Assembly (NCBI GenBank): GCA_020402865.1
Contig: JADBYT010000021.1
Span: 7,263-71,262 of the forward strand
Origin: Bacteroidota bacterium
GTDB lineage: Bacteria; Bacteroidota; Bacteroidia; Palsa-965
Length of the DNA stretch: 64,000 nt
Reading direction: 5' to 3'
The notes under the pieces are model-generated. The model did not search any database and was not told where the DNA came from. It saw nothing but the letters and a program-made list of their open reading frames with translations. Within the stretch, counting starts at the first letter, position 1, and each line of letters opens with the position of its first letter. This document shows, in pieces, positions 18,955-28,944 of this stretch. Made by a program: the position numbers and the translations under genes.

Positions 18955-21768
18955 ATGAATAAAGGATGTATGCATAACGTGCACAGTTTATCTGAATTGC
19001 AACATTGTTTTTTATTCCGCGCCAAATGGCTGCTGATAACAGGCTTTATGCTGTTGCATCTTGCAGGTGTATCTCAAAACGGCACATGGACATGGATTTC
19101 GGGTGATACACTGAGTGCTTCACCGGGCGATTTCGGCGTGCAGGGTGTTCCTTCTCCGACCAATGTTCCGCCAGCGTTGTATGAAGCGGCAGAATGGACC
19201 GATTTAAACGGAAATTTCTGGATTTTTGGCGGCTCCAATATTTCTACCCAAAATGCGTATTCGGATCTCTGGAAATTTGATCCGGTTTCGCAACTCTGGA
19301 CATGGGTAAAAGGGTCGTCGATTCCGCTGATGCCGGGAACTTATGGTGTACAGGGAGTGCCCTCTCCGCAAAACAACCCGGGGTATCGCGAACGCGGCTG
19401 TGTAACCTGGGTGGATGCCGCCGGCGATTTATGGTTGTATGGCGGAAGCGGTCCCGATATAAATGGATTCGACGGTACATCAGACGAGCTTTGGAGGTAT
19501 CAGATTTCAACCAATGAGTGGACATGGATGAAGGGTTCGGGTAACGCCAACCAGCTTGCCATTTTTGGCACATTGCAGGTTCCGGCTCCGACAAACAATC
19601 CACCCGGCATACACGAAACAGCCTGCGGCTGGACAGATGCCGCGGGCGATTTCTGGATGTATGGTGGCGAGGGAACGATCACTCCTAACGCTCATGATGC
19701 CATGTGGCGCTACAATATAGCTACCAATACCTGGACCTGGATGAGCGGGCAAACGATATCTCCGGTCATGCCTAATCATGGTGTACTTCAATCTCCATCG
19801 CCAAGTAATACGCCCGGATCGCGTCGGGTGTATGCACATTGGGAAGATTTGCAGGGAAAATTCTGGCTCTATGGTGGTGCCAGTTTTTTCGGACTTTGCG
19901 GTGATCTGTGGATGTATGATCCTACTACATTGGTTTGGACATGGATGGCCGGAACTCCGACAAATGCCAATTTCACAAACTTTACTACACAATGTACACC
20001 GGGCAATGAACACCCGCATGCGGTATATGAAAACCGTGCAAACTGGCGCGATGAATGCGGACGTTTGTGGTCAATGACCGGCGTTGCATCAGACAGTTCA
20101 CAGAACCCCAATAGCCCGCAATCAACCAGTACCAGCACGCTCTGGTGCTTCGATCCGCTTACTAATCAGTTTGTGTGGGTAAGTGGCCCCACGGCTGCCG
20201 GCGTGGCTGCCCATCATGGCACGCAGGGTGTGCCTTCTGTACTTAACCGCCCGCCGTCGCTCATGGGTACTGTTTCGTTTACCGGCGCCAACGGCGATTT
20301 CTGGCTCTGGGGCGGCGTTGAGTTGTATGGCGGTGCAGCAGTAAAAAACACCCTCTGGCGTTATCAGAAGGATCCCAACTGTCCGCGCTTCCCCCTGCTC
20401 GACTCCATTGCTGCAAATCCGGCCGTTTCGGGCTGTGCGCCATTCACCGCTCAATTATCAAGTGTGTACACTGCAAACGTGAGTTACTTCTGGGATTTTG
20501 GCGACAGCACAACACTTGCCGACACGGCTGTTACGGCATCTGCCTCGTACACGTTTCAGCAACCCGGTGTGTACACGGTTACACTGATCACTACAAGCCT
20601 GAACAGTTGTTATCTCGGCGCCGATACATCTTACCTTACCCTTACCGTACATCCTACACCGCAAATCAATCTGGGTAGCGATACCACAATTTGTTCACCA
20701 CCCGTAAACCTGCTGCTCGATGCAGGCAATGCCGGAGCCTCCTACGCATGGAGCACCGGAGCCACTTCACAAACCATACAGACAACTGCAGCCGGGATAT
20801 ACAGCGTAATAGCTTTCTCCGGCCCCAACAACGTGTGCAGCGACGAAGACTCAATTACAATTACACTTCCTGCACAACCCGACCTCGGCAGCGATACTGC
20901 AATTTGTGCCGGACAGTCGCTACTGCTTAATCCGGGCATTACAGGCAGCCAGTACAACTGGAGCACAGGCGATACAACAGCCACACTACTTGTAAATACA
21001 GCCGGTTTATACACTGTGCAAATCATCGCTCAGCCCTGCACACTCAGCAGCAGCATGACACTGAGTATTACACCGCTGCCTGTGGTAAATCTGGGCTCCG
21101 ACACAACACTCTGCCCCGGCGATACATTGCAGCTCAATGCACAAAATGCAGGAGCAACCTATGCATGGAACAACACAGCCACCTCGCAAACAATTGAAGT
21201 TACTGATGCAGGCAGCTATGCCGTGGTTGTAACTGCACAAAACTGCAGCGCCTCCGATTCGGTGCGCATCAATACCATGCAGGATGTGGACTTTGACCAA
21301 ACAGCCACACTTTGCGGCAGCAGCAATGCGCTGGTGCTTGATGCCGGAAATGCAGGCGCAAACTTTATCTGGAGCACCGGCGAAACATCGCAAACCATCA
21401 CCGTGCAACAAGCCGGCACTTACTGGGTCACAATTAACGCACCGCCCTGCATACTTACCGATACCGTGCAGGTAAACGGAATACTTGGCGAAGGACTTGT
21501 ATTTGTGCCAAACAGCTTTACACCCAATGCCGATGGCCTCAACGACCGCTTCACCGCATCGAGTGAAAACTTCACACAGTTTCATCTGATGATTTTTAAC
21601 CGCTGGGGCGAACTTATTTTCGAAACGTTTGACACGGCTGGCTGGGATGGTACATTTAAAAACGAAATTGCCAAAGGCGATGTGTATGTGTATAAACTAT
21701 CGTACTCGAATATCTGCACAGGCAATCAGGTTATCGGCAAGCTGGGGCATGTAACACTGGTGCGTTGA
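18955..21768 (+). CDS. Secreted Kelch / PKD / Ig-like repeat protein with a type-B T9SS CTD. This is paralog 2.
   Basis: The ORF-track ORF starts at 18883. The likely start is Met 18955 or 18970, before the hydrophobic WLLITGFMLLHLAGVSQ. Same architecture as 15138..17846. C-terminus FVPNSFTPNADGLNDRF…MIFNRWGELIF. Confidence 0.75.
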   Translation: MNKGCMHNVHSLSELQHCFLFRAKWLLITGFMLLHLAGVSQNGTWTWISGDTLSASPGDFGVQGVPSPTNVPPALYEAAEWTDLNGNFWIFGGSNISTQNAYSDLWKFDPVSQLWTWVKGSSIPLMPGTYGVQGVPSPQNNPGYRERGCVTWVDAAGDLWLYGGSGPDINGFDGTSDELWRYQISTNEWTWMKGSGNANQLAIFGTLQVPAPTNNPPGIHETACGWTDAAGDFWMYGGEGTITPNAHDAMWRYNIATNTWTWMSGQTISPVMPNHGVLQSPSPSNTPGSRRVYAHWEDLQGKFWLYGGASFFGLCGDLWMYDPTTLVWTWMAGTPTNANFTNFTTQCTPGNEHPHAVYENRANWRDECGRLWSMTGVASDSSQNPNSPQSTSTSTLWCFDPLTNQFVWVSGPTAAGVAAHHGTQGVPSVLNRPPSLMGTVSFTGANGDFWLWGGVELYGGAAVKNTLWRYQKDPNCPRFPLLDSIAANPAVSGCAPFTAQLSSVYTANVSYFWDFGDSTTLADTAVTASASYTFQQPGVYTVTLITTSLNSCYLGADTSYLTLTVHPTPQINLGSDTTICSPPVNLLLDAGNAGASYAWSTGATSQTIQTTAAGIYSVIAFSGPNNVCSDEDSITITLPAQPDLGSDTAICAGQSLLLNPGITGSQYNWSTGDTTATLLVNTAGLYTVQIIAQPCTLSSSMTLSITPLPVVNLGSDTTLCPGDTLQLNAQNAGATYAWNNTATSQTIEVTDAGSYAVVVTAQNCSASDSVRINTMQDVDFDQTATLCGSSNALVLDAGNAGANFIWSTGETSQTITVQQAGTYWVTINAPPCILTDTVQVNGILGEGLVFVPNSFTPNADGLNDRFTASSENFTQFHLMIFNRWGELIFETFDTAGWDGTFKNEIAKGDVYVYKLSYSNICTGNQVIGKLGHVTLVR

Positions 21769-21882
21769 ACGGCACATCGTGTTAAGTCTGCAGTTTTCCG
21801 GCATTTAACATTAATACGTACCTGCATTTTGAACTCTTTTACATAACTGGTGTTTACTTGTTGAACCCAATTTAACATTCAA

Positions 21883-24585
21883 ATGCCCCGTAGCCTCTTT
21901 GTATTTTGCACACTTCTCATTACATGCACTGTTTCTGCACAAAACGGCGTGTGGACATGGATCGGAGGCGGTAATTTACCCAATCAGGCACCGGTATTCG
22001 GCACTCAAACTATACCTGCGGCAGGCAACAGGCCTCCGCCGGTTTACGGCGCAGCTTCGTGGACTGATCTGAACGGTGATTTCTGGGTGTTTGGCGGTTT
22101 GGATAATTCGGCAGTAACGTCTTACTGGGGTAATCTCTGGAAATTCGATCAGGCACTGGGACAATGGGCGTGGATGAAAGGGCCGAATGTGTCAGATAAT
22201 TCTGGCGTATATGGTACTCTTGGTGTTCCTTCACCGCTGAACCAACCGGGGGCGCGTGCATTCGGGGCATCAACCTGGACAGACAATGCGGGCAATCTTT
22301 GGTTATTTGGCGGGTTTGGCATTGATGCTACCGGCCTGCAGGGTGAAATGAACGATTTCTGGAAATTTGATATTACTACCAATGAATGGACATGGATGGG
22401 TGGCAGTCAGAATATTTACGGTGCCGGGAGCTTTGGTACGTTGCAGGTTCCATCGCCCGCAAATATGCCTTCGTACCGGTCAGAAACCTTAGCCAACTGG
22501 AAAGATGGTGCCGGTAATCTCTGGCTGTTTGGCGGCACCTACTATGATGATATGTGGCGTTTTGATCCGCTTACCAACACCTGGACCTGGATGGCAGGCA
22601 GCAATGTAACAGGTGCGCTTGTTGTGCATGGCACACTTGGCGTTTCGTCGCCCGCCAACACACCGGGGCAACGCTGGGCATACGCCCACTGGACCGATCA
22701 GCAGGGGAAATTCTGGCTTTATGGCGGATTGCTTAACAGCACTACGCTCATGGGTGATATGTGGAAGTTTGATCCGGTAACGCTTGAATGGACGTGGATG
22801 GCGGGCAGCAATTTGCCTAACGATTCAACTACTTTTACTCAGCAATGCACCCCGGGCGGTTACCCCGATGCCACTTATGAAGGTCGTTCGTTCTGGACTG
22901 ATGCTTGCGGAAGATTCTGGAATGCACACGGAGGAAGTATTTTTGAAGCAGAAAACCACATCTGGATGTTTGATCCGGTGACCAATCAGTTTTCGTGGAT
23001 AAGCGGTGCGCTTAGTCCGGCCACACCCGCAAATTTTGGAACACAAAATGTACCTTCGCCCGCTAATTATCCGCTTGCCTTGGTGGGGACAGCGTCTTTT
23101 AACGATTTGAGCGGCAATCTTTGTTTGTATGGCGGCATGGATGCGAATACAGGATTTAGCTACAACACCATCTGGCGCTATCAGATTGACCCGGTTTGTC
23201 CGGGAACCAATGTTACGGCGCAGTTTAACGTTTCACCCGGACTTTCAGGTTGTGCCCCGTTTACCACCCAATTTACACCGGCAGTAAATTTGTATTCCGC
23301 ATACACCTGGAATTTCGGCGATACAGCCACCACAGCCGATACAAGTAGCCTGATTTCTCCGGTGTGGACCTACACACAGCCGGGCACATATACGGTAACG
23401 CTGATTACTTCGGGCCTTTCGGCCTGTGGTGGAGGCAGCGATACGGTTTCTGCCACAGTTACCGTATATCCGCAGCCCCAGCCAAACCTCGGCAGCGATA
23501 CCACCATTTGCATTGGCCCCGTTAACCTGCTGCTCGATGCCGGAAATTCCGGCAATAGCTACCTCTGGAATACCGGCGCTACCACACAAACGCTGGCCGT
23601 GAATGCGCCCGGCATCTATTCCGTTACTGTTTCTGCAGGCCCGAACGGACTTTGCAGTGTGCAGGACACCATCGTAATCACCCAACCCGCGCAGCCCGAC
23701 CTCGGCGGCGATACCACCCTTTGCGCCAACCAATCGCTCCTGCTCGATCCGGGTGTTACCGGTACACAATACAACTGGAGCACCGGCGCCACAACGCCTA
23801 CAATTACGGTTAATACTGCCGGCTTGTACAGCGTGCAAATCATCAACCCGCCCTGCACGCTCAGCAGCAGCATGAACCTGAACATAACACCGCTGCCGAT
23901 AGTGAACCTCGGCGCCGACACCACACTTTGTCCCGGCGACAGCATTCTGCTCAACGCACAAAATCCGGGCGCTATGTTTTTATGGAGCAATGCGGCCAAC
24001 ACACAAAGTATCACCACCGCCACAGCAGGAAACTACGCCGTAACCGTTACCGCACAAAACTGCAGCAACAGCGATACAATAAACATAAACACCAGCGCAG
24101 CACTTACTTTTGATGAAACCATATCGCTCTGCGGCAGTTTCAATGCGCTCATACTGGATGCCGGTAATCCCGGAGCCGGCTTCCTCTGGAATACAGGCGA
24201 AAACACACAAACCATCAGCATTGAACAGCCCGGCACCTACTGGGTTACGGTAAATGCTCCGCCCTGTGTACTTACTGATACCATTGAAATAATTGGAAAT
24301 ATTGGCGAAGCTGCAGTGTACATCCCCAACAGCTTCTCGCCAAACGGCGATGGTCTCAACGATAACTTCAGCGGCTACGGCGAGAGTTTTACTTCCTTCC
24401 GCCTCCTCATCTTCAACCGCTGGGGCGAACTCATTTTTGAAACCACCGATCCGGCCGGCTGGGACGGAAATTTCAACGGCACAAAAGTTACCGACGATGT
24501 GTATGTGTACAAACTCAGCTACACCAGCGCCTGCACAGGTGGTAAATTTGTGGACAGGCTGGGGCATGTAATGTTATTAAGGTAA
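21883..24585 (+). CDS. Secreted Kelch / PKD / Ig-like repeat protein with a type-B T9SS CTD. This is paralog 3.
   Basis: 900 aa, signal MPRSLFVFCTLLITCTVSAQ, Kelch WTWMxG repeats, WNFGD PKD-like block, Ig-like modules nearly identical to paralog 2, and CTD YIPNSFSPNGDGLNDNF…LIFNRWGELIF. Confidence 0.8.
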   Translation: MPRSLFVFCTLLITCTVSAQNGVWTWIGGGNLPNQAPVFGTQTIPAAGNRPPPVYGAASWTDLNGDFWVFGGLDNSAVTSYWGNLWKFDQALGQWAWMKGPNVSDNSGVYGTLGVPSPLNQPGARAFGASTWTDNAGNLWLFGGFGIDATGLQGEMNDFWKFDITTNEWTWMGGSQNIYGAGSFGTLQVPSPANMPSYRSETLANWKDGAGNLWLFGGTYYDDMWRFDPLTNTWTWMAGSNVTGALVVHGTLGVSSPANTPGQRWAYAHWTDQQGKFWLYGGLLNSTTLMGDMWKFDPVTLEWTWMAGSNLPNDSTTFTQQCTPGGYPDATYEGRSFWTDACGRFWNAHGGSIFEAENHIWMFDPVTNQFSWISGALSPATPANFGTQNVPSPANYPLALVGTASFNDLSGNLCLYGGMDANTGFSYNTIWRYQIDPVCPGTNVTAQFNVSPGLSGCAPFTTQFTPAVNLYSAYTWNFGDTATTADTSSLISPVWTYTQPGTYTVTLITSGLSACGGGSDTVSATVTVYPQPQPNLGSDTTICIGPVNLLLDAGNSGNSYLWNTGATTQTLAVNAPGIYSVTVSAGPNGLCSVQDTIVITQPAQPDLGGDTTLCANQSLLLDPGVTGTQYNWSTGATTPTITVNTAGLYSVQIINPPCTLSSSMNLNITPLPIVNLGADTTLCPGDSILLNAQNPGAMFLWSNAANTQSITTATAGNYAVTVTAQNCSNSDTININTSAALTFDETISLCGSFNALILDAGNPGAGFLWNTGENTQTISIEQPGTYWVTVNAPPCVLTDTIEIIGNIGEAAVYIPNSFSPNGDGLNDNFSGYGESFTSFRLLIFNRWGELIFETTDPAGWDGNFNGTKVTDDVYVYKLSYTSACTGGKFVDRLGHVMLLR

Positions 24586-24600
24586 GCAATTAGTTGCATA

Positions 24601-25830
24601 CTATTGTACTTCGCTCACCGGCTGTGCAACAGGCACCGGCCAATCGTCACTAAGCCCGATGCCTTTCCACATGCGTGCTATTTCGGCTTCGTTTGCAAGG
24701 CATTGTTCAAGATCGGCGCGTATTTTTTGCTCGTCCATTTGCTGGCCAATAAATACAAGCTCATTTATTCTGTCGCCAAAATTTGTATCCCAGCGGCTTT
24801 CAATCTGCTCTTTATTATTTACAAATGAAGCAAAGCCGATACGTTCACCGAAAGGCATACTCGCCCACCACACGCCCGCACTGTCGGCCCGCAGCGAGCC
24901 TCCGGCCTGGCTCCACGACATTGCCTGCTGCGGACGAGAAGCCAGCCAGAACAAACCTTTGCTGCGCACTATATTGTCGGGAAATTGAGCATTCACATAA
25001 TTCCAGAACCGGTCGGGATGAAACGGCCGGCGTTCCCGATACACAAAGGAACCGATACCGTATTCATCCGTCTCCGGGGTATGATGGTCTTTTTTCAATT
25101 CTTCAATCCAGCCCGCCTGCTTTTCCGCTTCTTCATAATTAAACAAACCTGTATTAATTATTGAACCCAATGGCACTTTCCCAAATTCCGACCGTATAAA
25201 ACGCGCACCGGCATTGAGTTTGCGCAACATTCGCTCAAGCAGATCAACCGATTCTTTCTCTATCAAATCGGTTTTATTCAGCACAATCACATTCGCAAAC
25301 TCAATCTGATCGGTCAGCAAATTCACAATGGTGCGGTAATCGCCATCCATATCGGTAAGTGCACGGTCGGCCAGCGTTTCCGCACTTCCGAAATCGCGGA
25401 AAAAATTATAACAGTCAACCACGGTTACCATGCAATCAATGTAACTGAAGCGGCTCAGATCAATATTCTTTTCCTCGTCGGCAAATGAAAAAGTCTGAGC
25501 CACAGGCACGGGTTCCGAAATACCCGTACTTTCAATAAGCAGATAATCAAACCTGTTTTCTCTGGCCAGCTTTTCCACTTCAGTCATAAGGTCTTCACGC
25601 AGTGTGCAGCAAATACATCCGTTGCTCATTTCCACCAGTTTTTCTTCCGTGCGCGATAAACTGGTTTCCCGCTCCACAAGCTGCGCATCAATATTCACCT
25701 CGCTCATATCATTCACAATCACAGCCACCTTTAAACCTTCTCGGTTATTTAGCACATAATTGAGTAAGGTTGTTTTCCCGGCTCCCAAAAAGCCGCTGAG
25801 CACTGTTACCGGAAGTTTTGTTTGTATCAT
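24601..25830 (-). CDS. COG0523-family G3E GTPase (zinc metallochaperone ZigA/YeiR/CobW-like).
   Basis: Walker [10 protein letters not shown], metal-binding GCICC motif, and a C-terminal CobW_C-like domain. The ORF-track start at 25899 is an upstream in-frame extension. The internal ATG at 25830 ([21 protein letters not shown]) is more plausible. Confidence 0.8.
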   Translation of the reverse strand: MIQTKLPVTVLSGFLGAGKTTLLNYVLNNREGLKVAVIVNDMSEVNIDAQLVERETSLSRTEEKLVEMSNGCICCTLREDLMTEVEKLARENRFDYLLIESTGISEPVPVAQTFSFADEEKNIDLSRFSYIDCMVTVVDCYNFFRDFGSAETLADRALTDMDGDYRTIVNLLTDQIEFANVIVLNKTDLIEKESVDLLERMLRKLNAGARFIRSEFGKVPLGSIINTGLFNYEEAEKQAGWIEELKKDHHTPETDEYGIGSFVYRERRPFHPDRFWNYVNAQFPDNIVRSKGLFWLASRPQQAMSWSQAGGSLRADSAGVWWASMPFGERIGFASFVNNKEQIESRWDTNFGDRINELVFIGQQMDEQKIRADLEQCLANEAEIARMWKGIGLSDDWPVPVAQPVSEVQ

Positions 25831-25912
25831 AAGCTCTTTTTTGTTTAAGAGATTCGATTGTAAGCGATTGTATGTATCAACAATCTTGTTAACTTGCATT
25901 AAACACCAAAAC

Positions 25913-25954
25913 GCAACAATGTTGCAAATATAAGTCGATTACTTAATTTTGCAA
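25913..25954. promoter_or_regulatory. Candidate Fur/Zur operator elements in the divergent promoter between the COG0523 GTPase and the Fur-family regulator.
   Basis: Perfect 13-bp palindrome GCAACAATGTTGC at 25913–25925 overlapping a TTGCAAA(25922–25928)…N19…TTTGCAA(25948–25954) inverted repeat, 18–60 nt upstream of the regulator start codon. Function inferred only. Confidence 0.35.
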
Positions 25955-25971
25955 CTTAACTGCATTAAGAC

Positions 25972-26364
25972 ATGTTAAAAAAACGCGAAACATCGGGAAA
26001 ACGGCAGGTAATGCAAATTCTTGAGAACAGCCAAACGGCGTTAAGTCAGGATATGCTGGAAAAAAATCCTGCCCTGAACATAGATCGCGTTACCATTTAC
26101 CGCATTCTCCGGAGTTTTGAGGAAGACGGCAAGGTGCACCGGATTATGGGTAATGATGGGAAAGCCTATTATGCCTGTTGCCGCAATTGCAGCGAAAGCC
26201 ACGCCCATCATTTGCACTATCATTTACACTTCCAGTGTAATTCGTGCAATAAAGTAGAGTGTCTTCAAACGGAAATGACAATTCCTTTGCCTGAAAACTA
26301 TCAGGTAATTGATGCCAATATTGTACTTAGTGGTATTTGTGCCGGCTGTCGCTTAGCGGGCTGA
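25972..26364 (+). CDS. Fur-family transcriptional repressor (likely zinc-uptake regulator Zur).
   Basis: 130 aa. DNA-binding helix region RVTIYRILRSFEEDGKVHRI, and metal-site residues HHLHYHLHFQCNSCNK…CAGC (two Cys pairs and a His cluster), typical of Fur/Zur. Divergent from a COG0523 zinc-chaperone gene. Confidence 0.75.
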   Translation: MLKKRETSGKRQVMQILENSQTALSQDMLEKNPALNIDRVTIYRILRSFEEDGKVHRIMGNDGKAYYACCRNCSESHAHHLHYHLHFQCNSCNKVECLQTEMTIPLPENYQVIDANIVLSGICAGCRLAG

Positions 26365-26372
26365 ACAACCTC

Positions 26373-27542
26373 TTACTCCTGCTCTTCTTCTCTGAAAAAT
26401 GCGAGGCGGGAAATATGCACAATATCCACGCCTTTGTAATAGTACGTAAGTATATAACGGAATTCAAACCCCTTGCGGGCCATATTAATGGCGCCTTCCT
26501 GACACATGCCCACACCATGTCCGTATCCTCTGCCACGAATAATCACTGAATCGCCCGATTCAGTTACATTGAAATAGGCCGATTTTAATTGCCAGTCGGT
26601 GCGCAGGTTTTTGTAGGCAATGCGCACACCGCCGTAGCTGAAAAAGTTGGTGCGCGAATTTTGTTTCATGTTGCAGGCCAAGCGGCAGGCCACACTGTCT
26701 TCAATCGGATACTTATAGCGTTGGGCAAGTCCGTTCAGCCAGTCGTCTTTAGCGATACGTCGTTCCCAGGTGGCGTGTGGCATACCGTTACAAAAACTAT
26801 CGCTTCGTCCGCGCAGATAAGGCAGCGTGCCGCCCCACACATCTTCCGAATTGGCGGTTTGTCCGCCACAGTTGGAGTGAAAGGCCGCCGTAATCAGTGT
26901 AAGACCTTTATCAACAAGCACCAGCCCGGCGGTAGCCTGCGCGGCGGCCGTAATTTCCGGGTGCGAAGTACGGCTGCGATACACCTGGCAATGCACACCA
27001 TCGCACACGTCAAAACCTTCGGTAATATGCCGTCCAAGCTGCGCAAGCGCATACGTGCGGCAAAGAATGGCCTGCACCTTATAAAACTCGCTTCCGCCCT
27101 GTCCGCCTGATTCCGACTCCACCACGCCACACACATACGACTCCAGTTCCACTTCGTTCCGGCAATGCAGGTAATTATCGCGTATGGAAATGCTGAGTTG
27201 CCCGTCGTATGTGCGGGTACCGGAAAGCGGCTTGATGGGTTTTATTTTAAATATACAACTGTCGGCAAGCGGCTTCAGCACAAAACTCGCAAAGCGTCCG
27301 AGTGTATCGCCCGGCACGCGCACTTCAAGCGAATCATTCACCATAATCAGCTGAAAGGCTTTTGCGGCGAGCGAGTCAGCCTGGCGCTTGCCATCGAGCA
27401 GCAGCATAAAATTGCCCCGCGAAGCCGATACGGAAACAACCTGCACCTTCATGGTGGAAAGCAGTTTCACATCAACCTCATGAGCGGAAAGTAATGCGGA
27501 AAAAAGCAGGGTAAACAGAAATGATAAGGCGGGTCGGGTCAT
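26373..27542 (-). CDS. SpoIID/LytB-domain-containing protein (putative cell-wall amidase activator).
   Basis: 389 aa, signal MTRPALSFLFTLLFSALLSAHE. The central/C-terminal region resembles the SpoIID/LytB domain (…YKVQAILCRTYALAQLGRH…GFDVCDGVHCQVY…NCGGQTANSEDVWGG…GHGVGMCQEGA). Confidence 0.65.
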   Translation of the reverse strand: MTRPALSFLFTLLFSALLSAHEVDVKLLSTMKVQVVSVSASRGNFMLLLDGKRQADSLAAKAFQLIMVNDSLEVRVPGDTLGRFASFVLKPLADSCIFKIKPIKPLSGTRTYDGQLSISIRDNYLHCRNEVELESYVCGVVESESGGQGGSEFYKVQAILCRTYALAQLGRHITEGFDVCDGVHCQVYRSRTSHPEITAAAQATAGLVLVDKGLTLITAAFHSNCGGQTANSEDVWGGTLPYLRGRSDSFCNGMPHATWERRIAKDDWLNGLAQRYKYPIEDSVACRLACNMKQNSRTNFFSYGGVRIAYKNLRTDWQLKSAYFNVTESGDSVIIRGRGYGHGVGMCQEGAINMARKGFEFRYILTYYYKGVDIVHISRLAFFREEEQE

Positions 27543-28642
27543 TTTTTCTGAAGTTCGAGAATAAGTTGTGCAGCTTTGGCCGAAGCTCCGGCACCGCCAA
27601 GTGCTGTTCGCAAAGCTTCATAACCCTCAAGCAGTGCAGCGCGTTTATCGCCCCCGGCTACAATGCGGCGAAGTTCGGCAGCCATGTTTTCGGCAGTCAT
27701 TTCATGTTGTATCAATTCGCGTACCACCTCACGGTCCATCACCAGATTCACCAGCGAAATGTATTTCACGTTCACCAGTCTTCGCGCAATCTGATACGAA
27801 ATGGCACCCGCTTTGTAACACACTACCTGCGGTACTTTAAAAAGTGCCGTTTCAAGGGTAGCGGTGCCGGAAGTAACCAAAGCCGCATGGGCCTGGCTAA
27901 GTAAATCGTAGGTGCGGTTATGAATCAGTTCGGCCTGTGTGCCCTGCATCATACTTCGGTAAAAAGCTTCGGGTTGCGAAGGAGCACCGGCCACCACAAA
28001 CCTGTATTCCGGAAACTGCACCGCGCATTGCAGCATAACCGGCAGTTTGGCTGTAATTTCCTGCTTACGGCTTCCGGGAAGCAAGGCTATAATAGGTTTA
28101 CCGTTGTCGGCAACAGCCGGATCACGTGTAATTTGTGTGACCGCGTCAAGCAGCGGATGGCCCACAAAATGCACCGTATCGCGGTATCCGAACGAGGCAT
28201 AAAAGTCTTTTTCAAAAGGTAAAATTGTAAGCACGGCATCGGTACCTGCCACAATTTTATGCACTCGCTTTTGTTTCCATGCCCAGATTTGCGGCGAAAT
28301 ATAATACACCACTTTTATGCCCAGCGCCTTTGCAAACGGGGCAATGCGCAGGTTAAAGCCGGGATAGTCAACCAGCACTAGCACATCGGGCTGCCACGCC
28401 GCAATATCATTTTTACAGGTATCAATATTCCGTAAAATGGTGCGCAGGTTCATCAGCACTTCAGTGAAACCCATAAAAGCCAGTTCGCGGTAATGTTTCA
28501 CTATAGCACATCCCTGCGCGGCCATGAGATCGCCACCAAAACCACGAAACTGCGCCGCTTCGTCGCGCACCCGAATTTCACGCAACAGGTTGGAAGCATG
28601 CAAATCGCCCGAAGCCTCGCCGGCTATGATATAATACTTCAT
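27539..28642 (-). CDS. lpxB: Lipid-A-disaccharide synthase.
   Basis: 367 aa. MKYYIIAGEASGDLHASNLLREI…VDYPGFNLRIA…YYISPQIWAWKQKRV, the canonical LpxB N-terminal motifs. 4-nt overlap with the downstream gene. Confidence 0.9.
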   Translation of the reverse strand: MKYYIIAGEASGDLHASNLLREIRVRDEAAQFRGFGGDLMAAQGCAIVKHYRELAFMGFTEVLMNLRTILRNIDTCKNDIAAWQPDVLVLVDYPGFNLRIAPFAKALGIKVVYYISPQIWAWKQKRVHKIVAGTDAVLTILPFEKDFYASFGYRDTVHFVGHPLLDAVTQITRDPAVADNGKPIIALLPGSRKQEITAKLPVMLQCAVQFPEYRFVVAGAPSQPEAFYRSMMQGTQAELIHNRTYDLLSQAHAALVTSGTATLETALFKVPQVVCYKAGAISYQIARRLVNVKYISLVNLVMDREVVRELIQHEMTAENMAAELRRIVAGGDKRAALLEGYEALRTALGGAGASAKAAQLILELQKK

Positions 28643-28646
28643 CGGC

Positions 28647-28940
28647 TTAGCTTAGAAATTTTCGATATACCACCCAACCCGCATACGCCATTGTGGCAAA
28701 CATCACTCCGCGCGCACTCTGGTTGCGGTTTGTCCAGAGAAAAATAAAAAACACCGCCAGATTCGAAATCACACACAAACTCAATGCAGGCACCAGATTA
28801 CGAAACCGCTCGAAATACTCAATGAATCCGGAAAATGAGGTCTGGCTGCTGTAAGTAAGCGCATAAAAAAGATAAAGCGTGATGAGTGGTGTAATCAAAC
28901 CAACCGCAATACCGATGAGAATGTGATCGAAACGTTTCAT
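28647..28940 (-). CDS. Small integral membrane protein (hypothetical), between surE and lpxB.
   Basis: 97 aa with three predicted TM helices, tightly packed in the surE–lpxB operon. Confidence 0.4.
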   Translation of the reverse strand: MKRFDHILIGIAVGLITPLITLYLFYALTYSSQTSFSGFIEYFERFRNLVPALSLCVISNLAVFFIFLWTNRNQSARGVMFATMAYAGWVVYRKFLS

Positions 28941-28944
28941 GGTG

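Noticed and set aside
15138-24585. The tandem Kelch array as a mobile element or integrated phage.
   Set aside because: No integrase, transposase, tRNA target or phage structural genes. The proteins are signal-peptide/T9SS cargo typical of chromosomal adhesin families.
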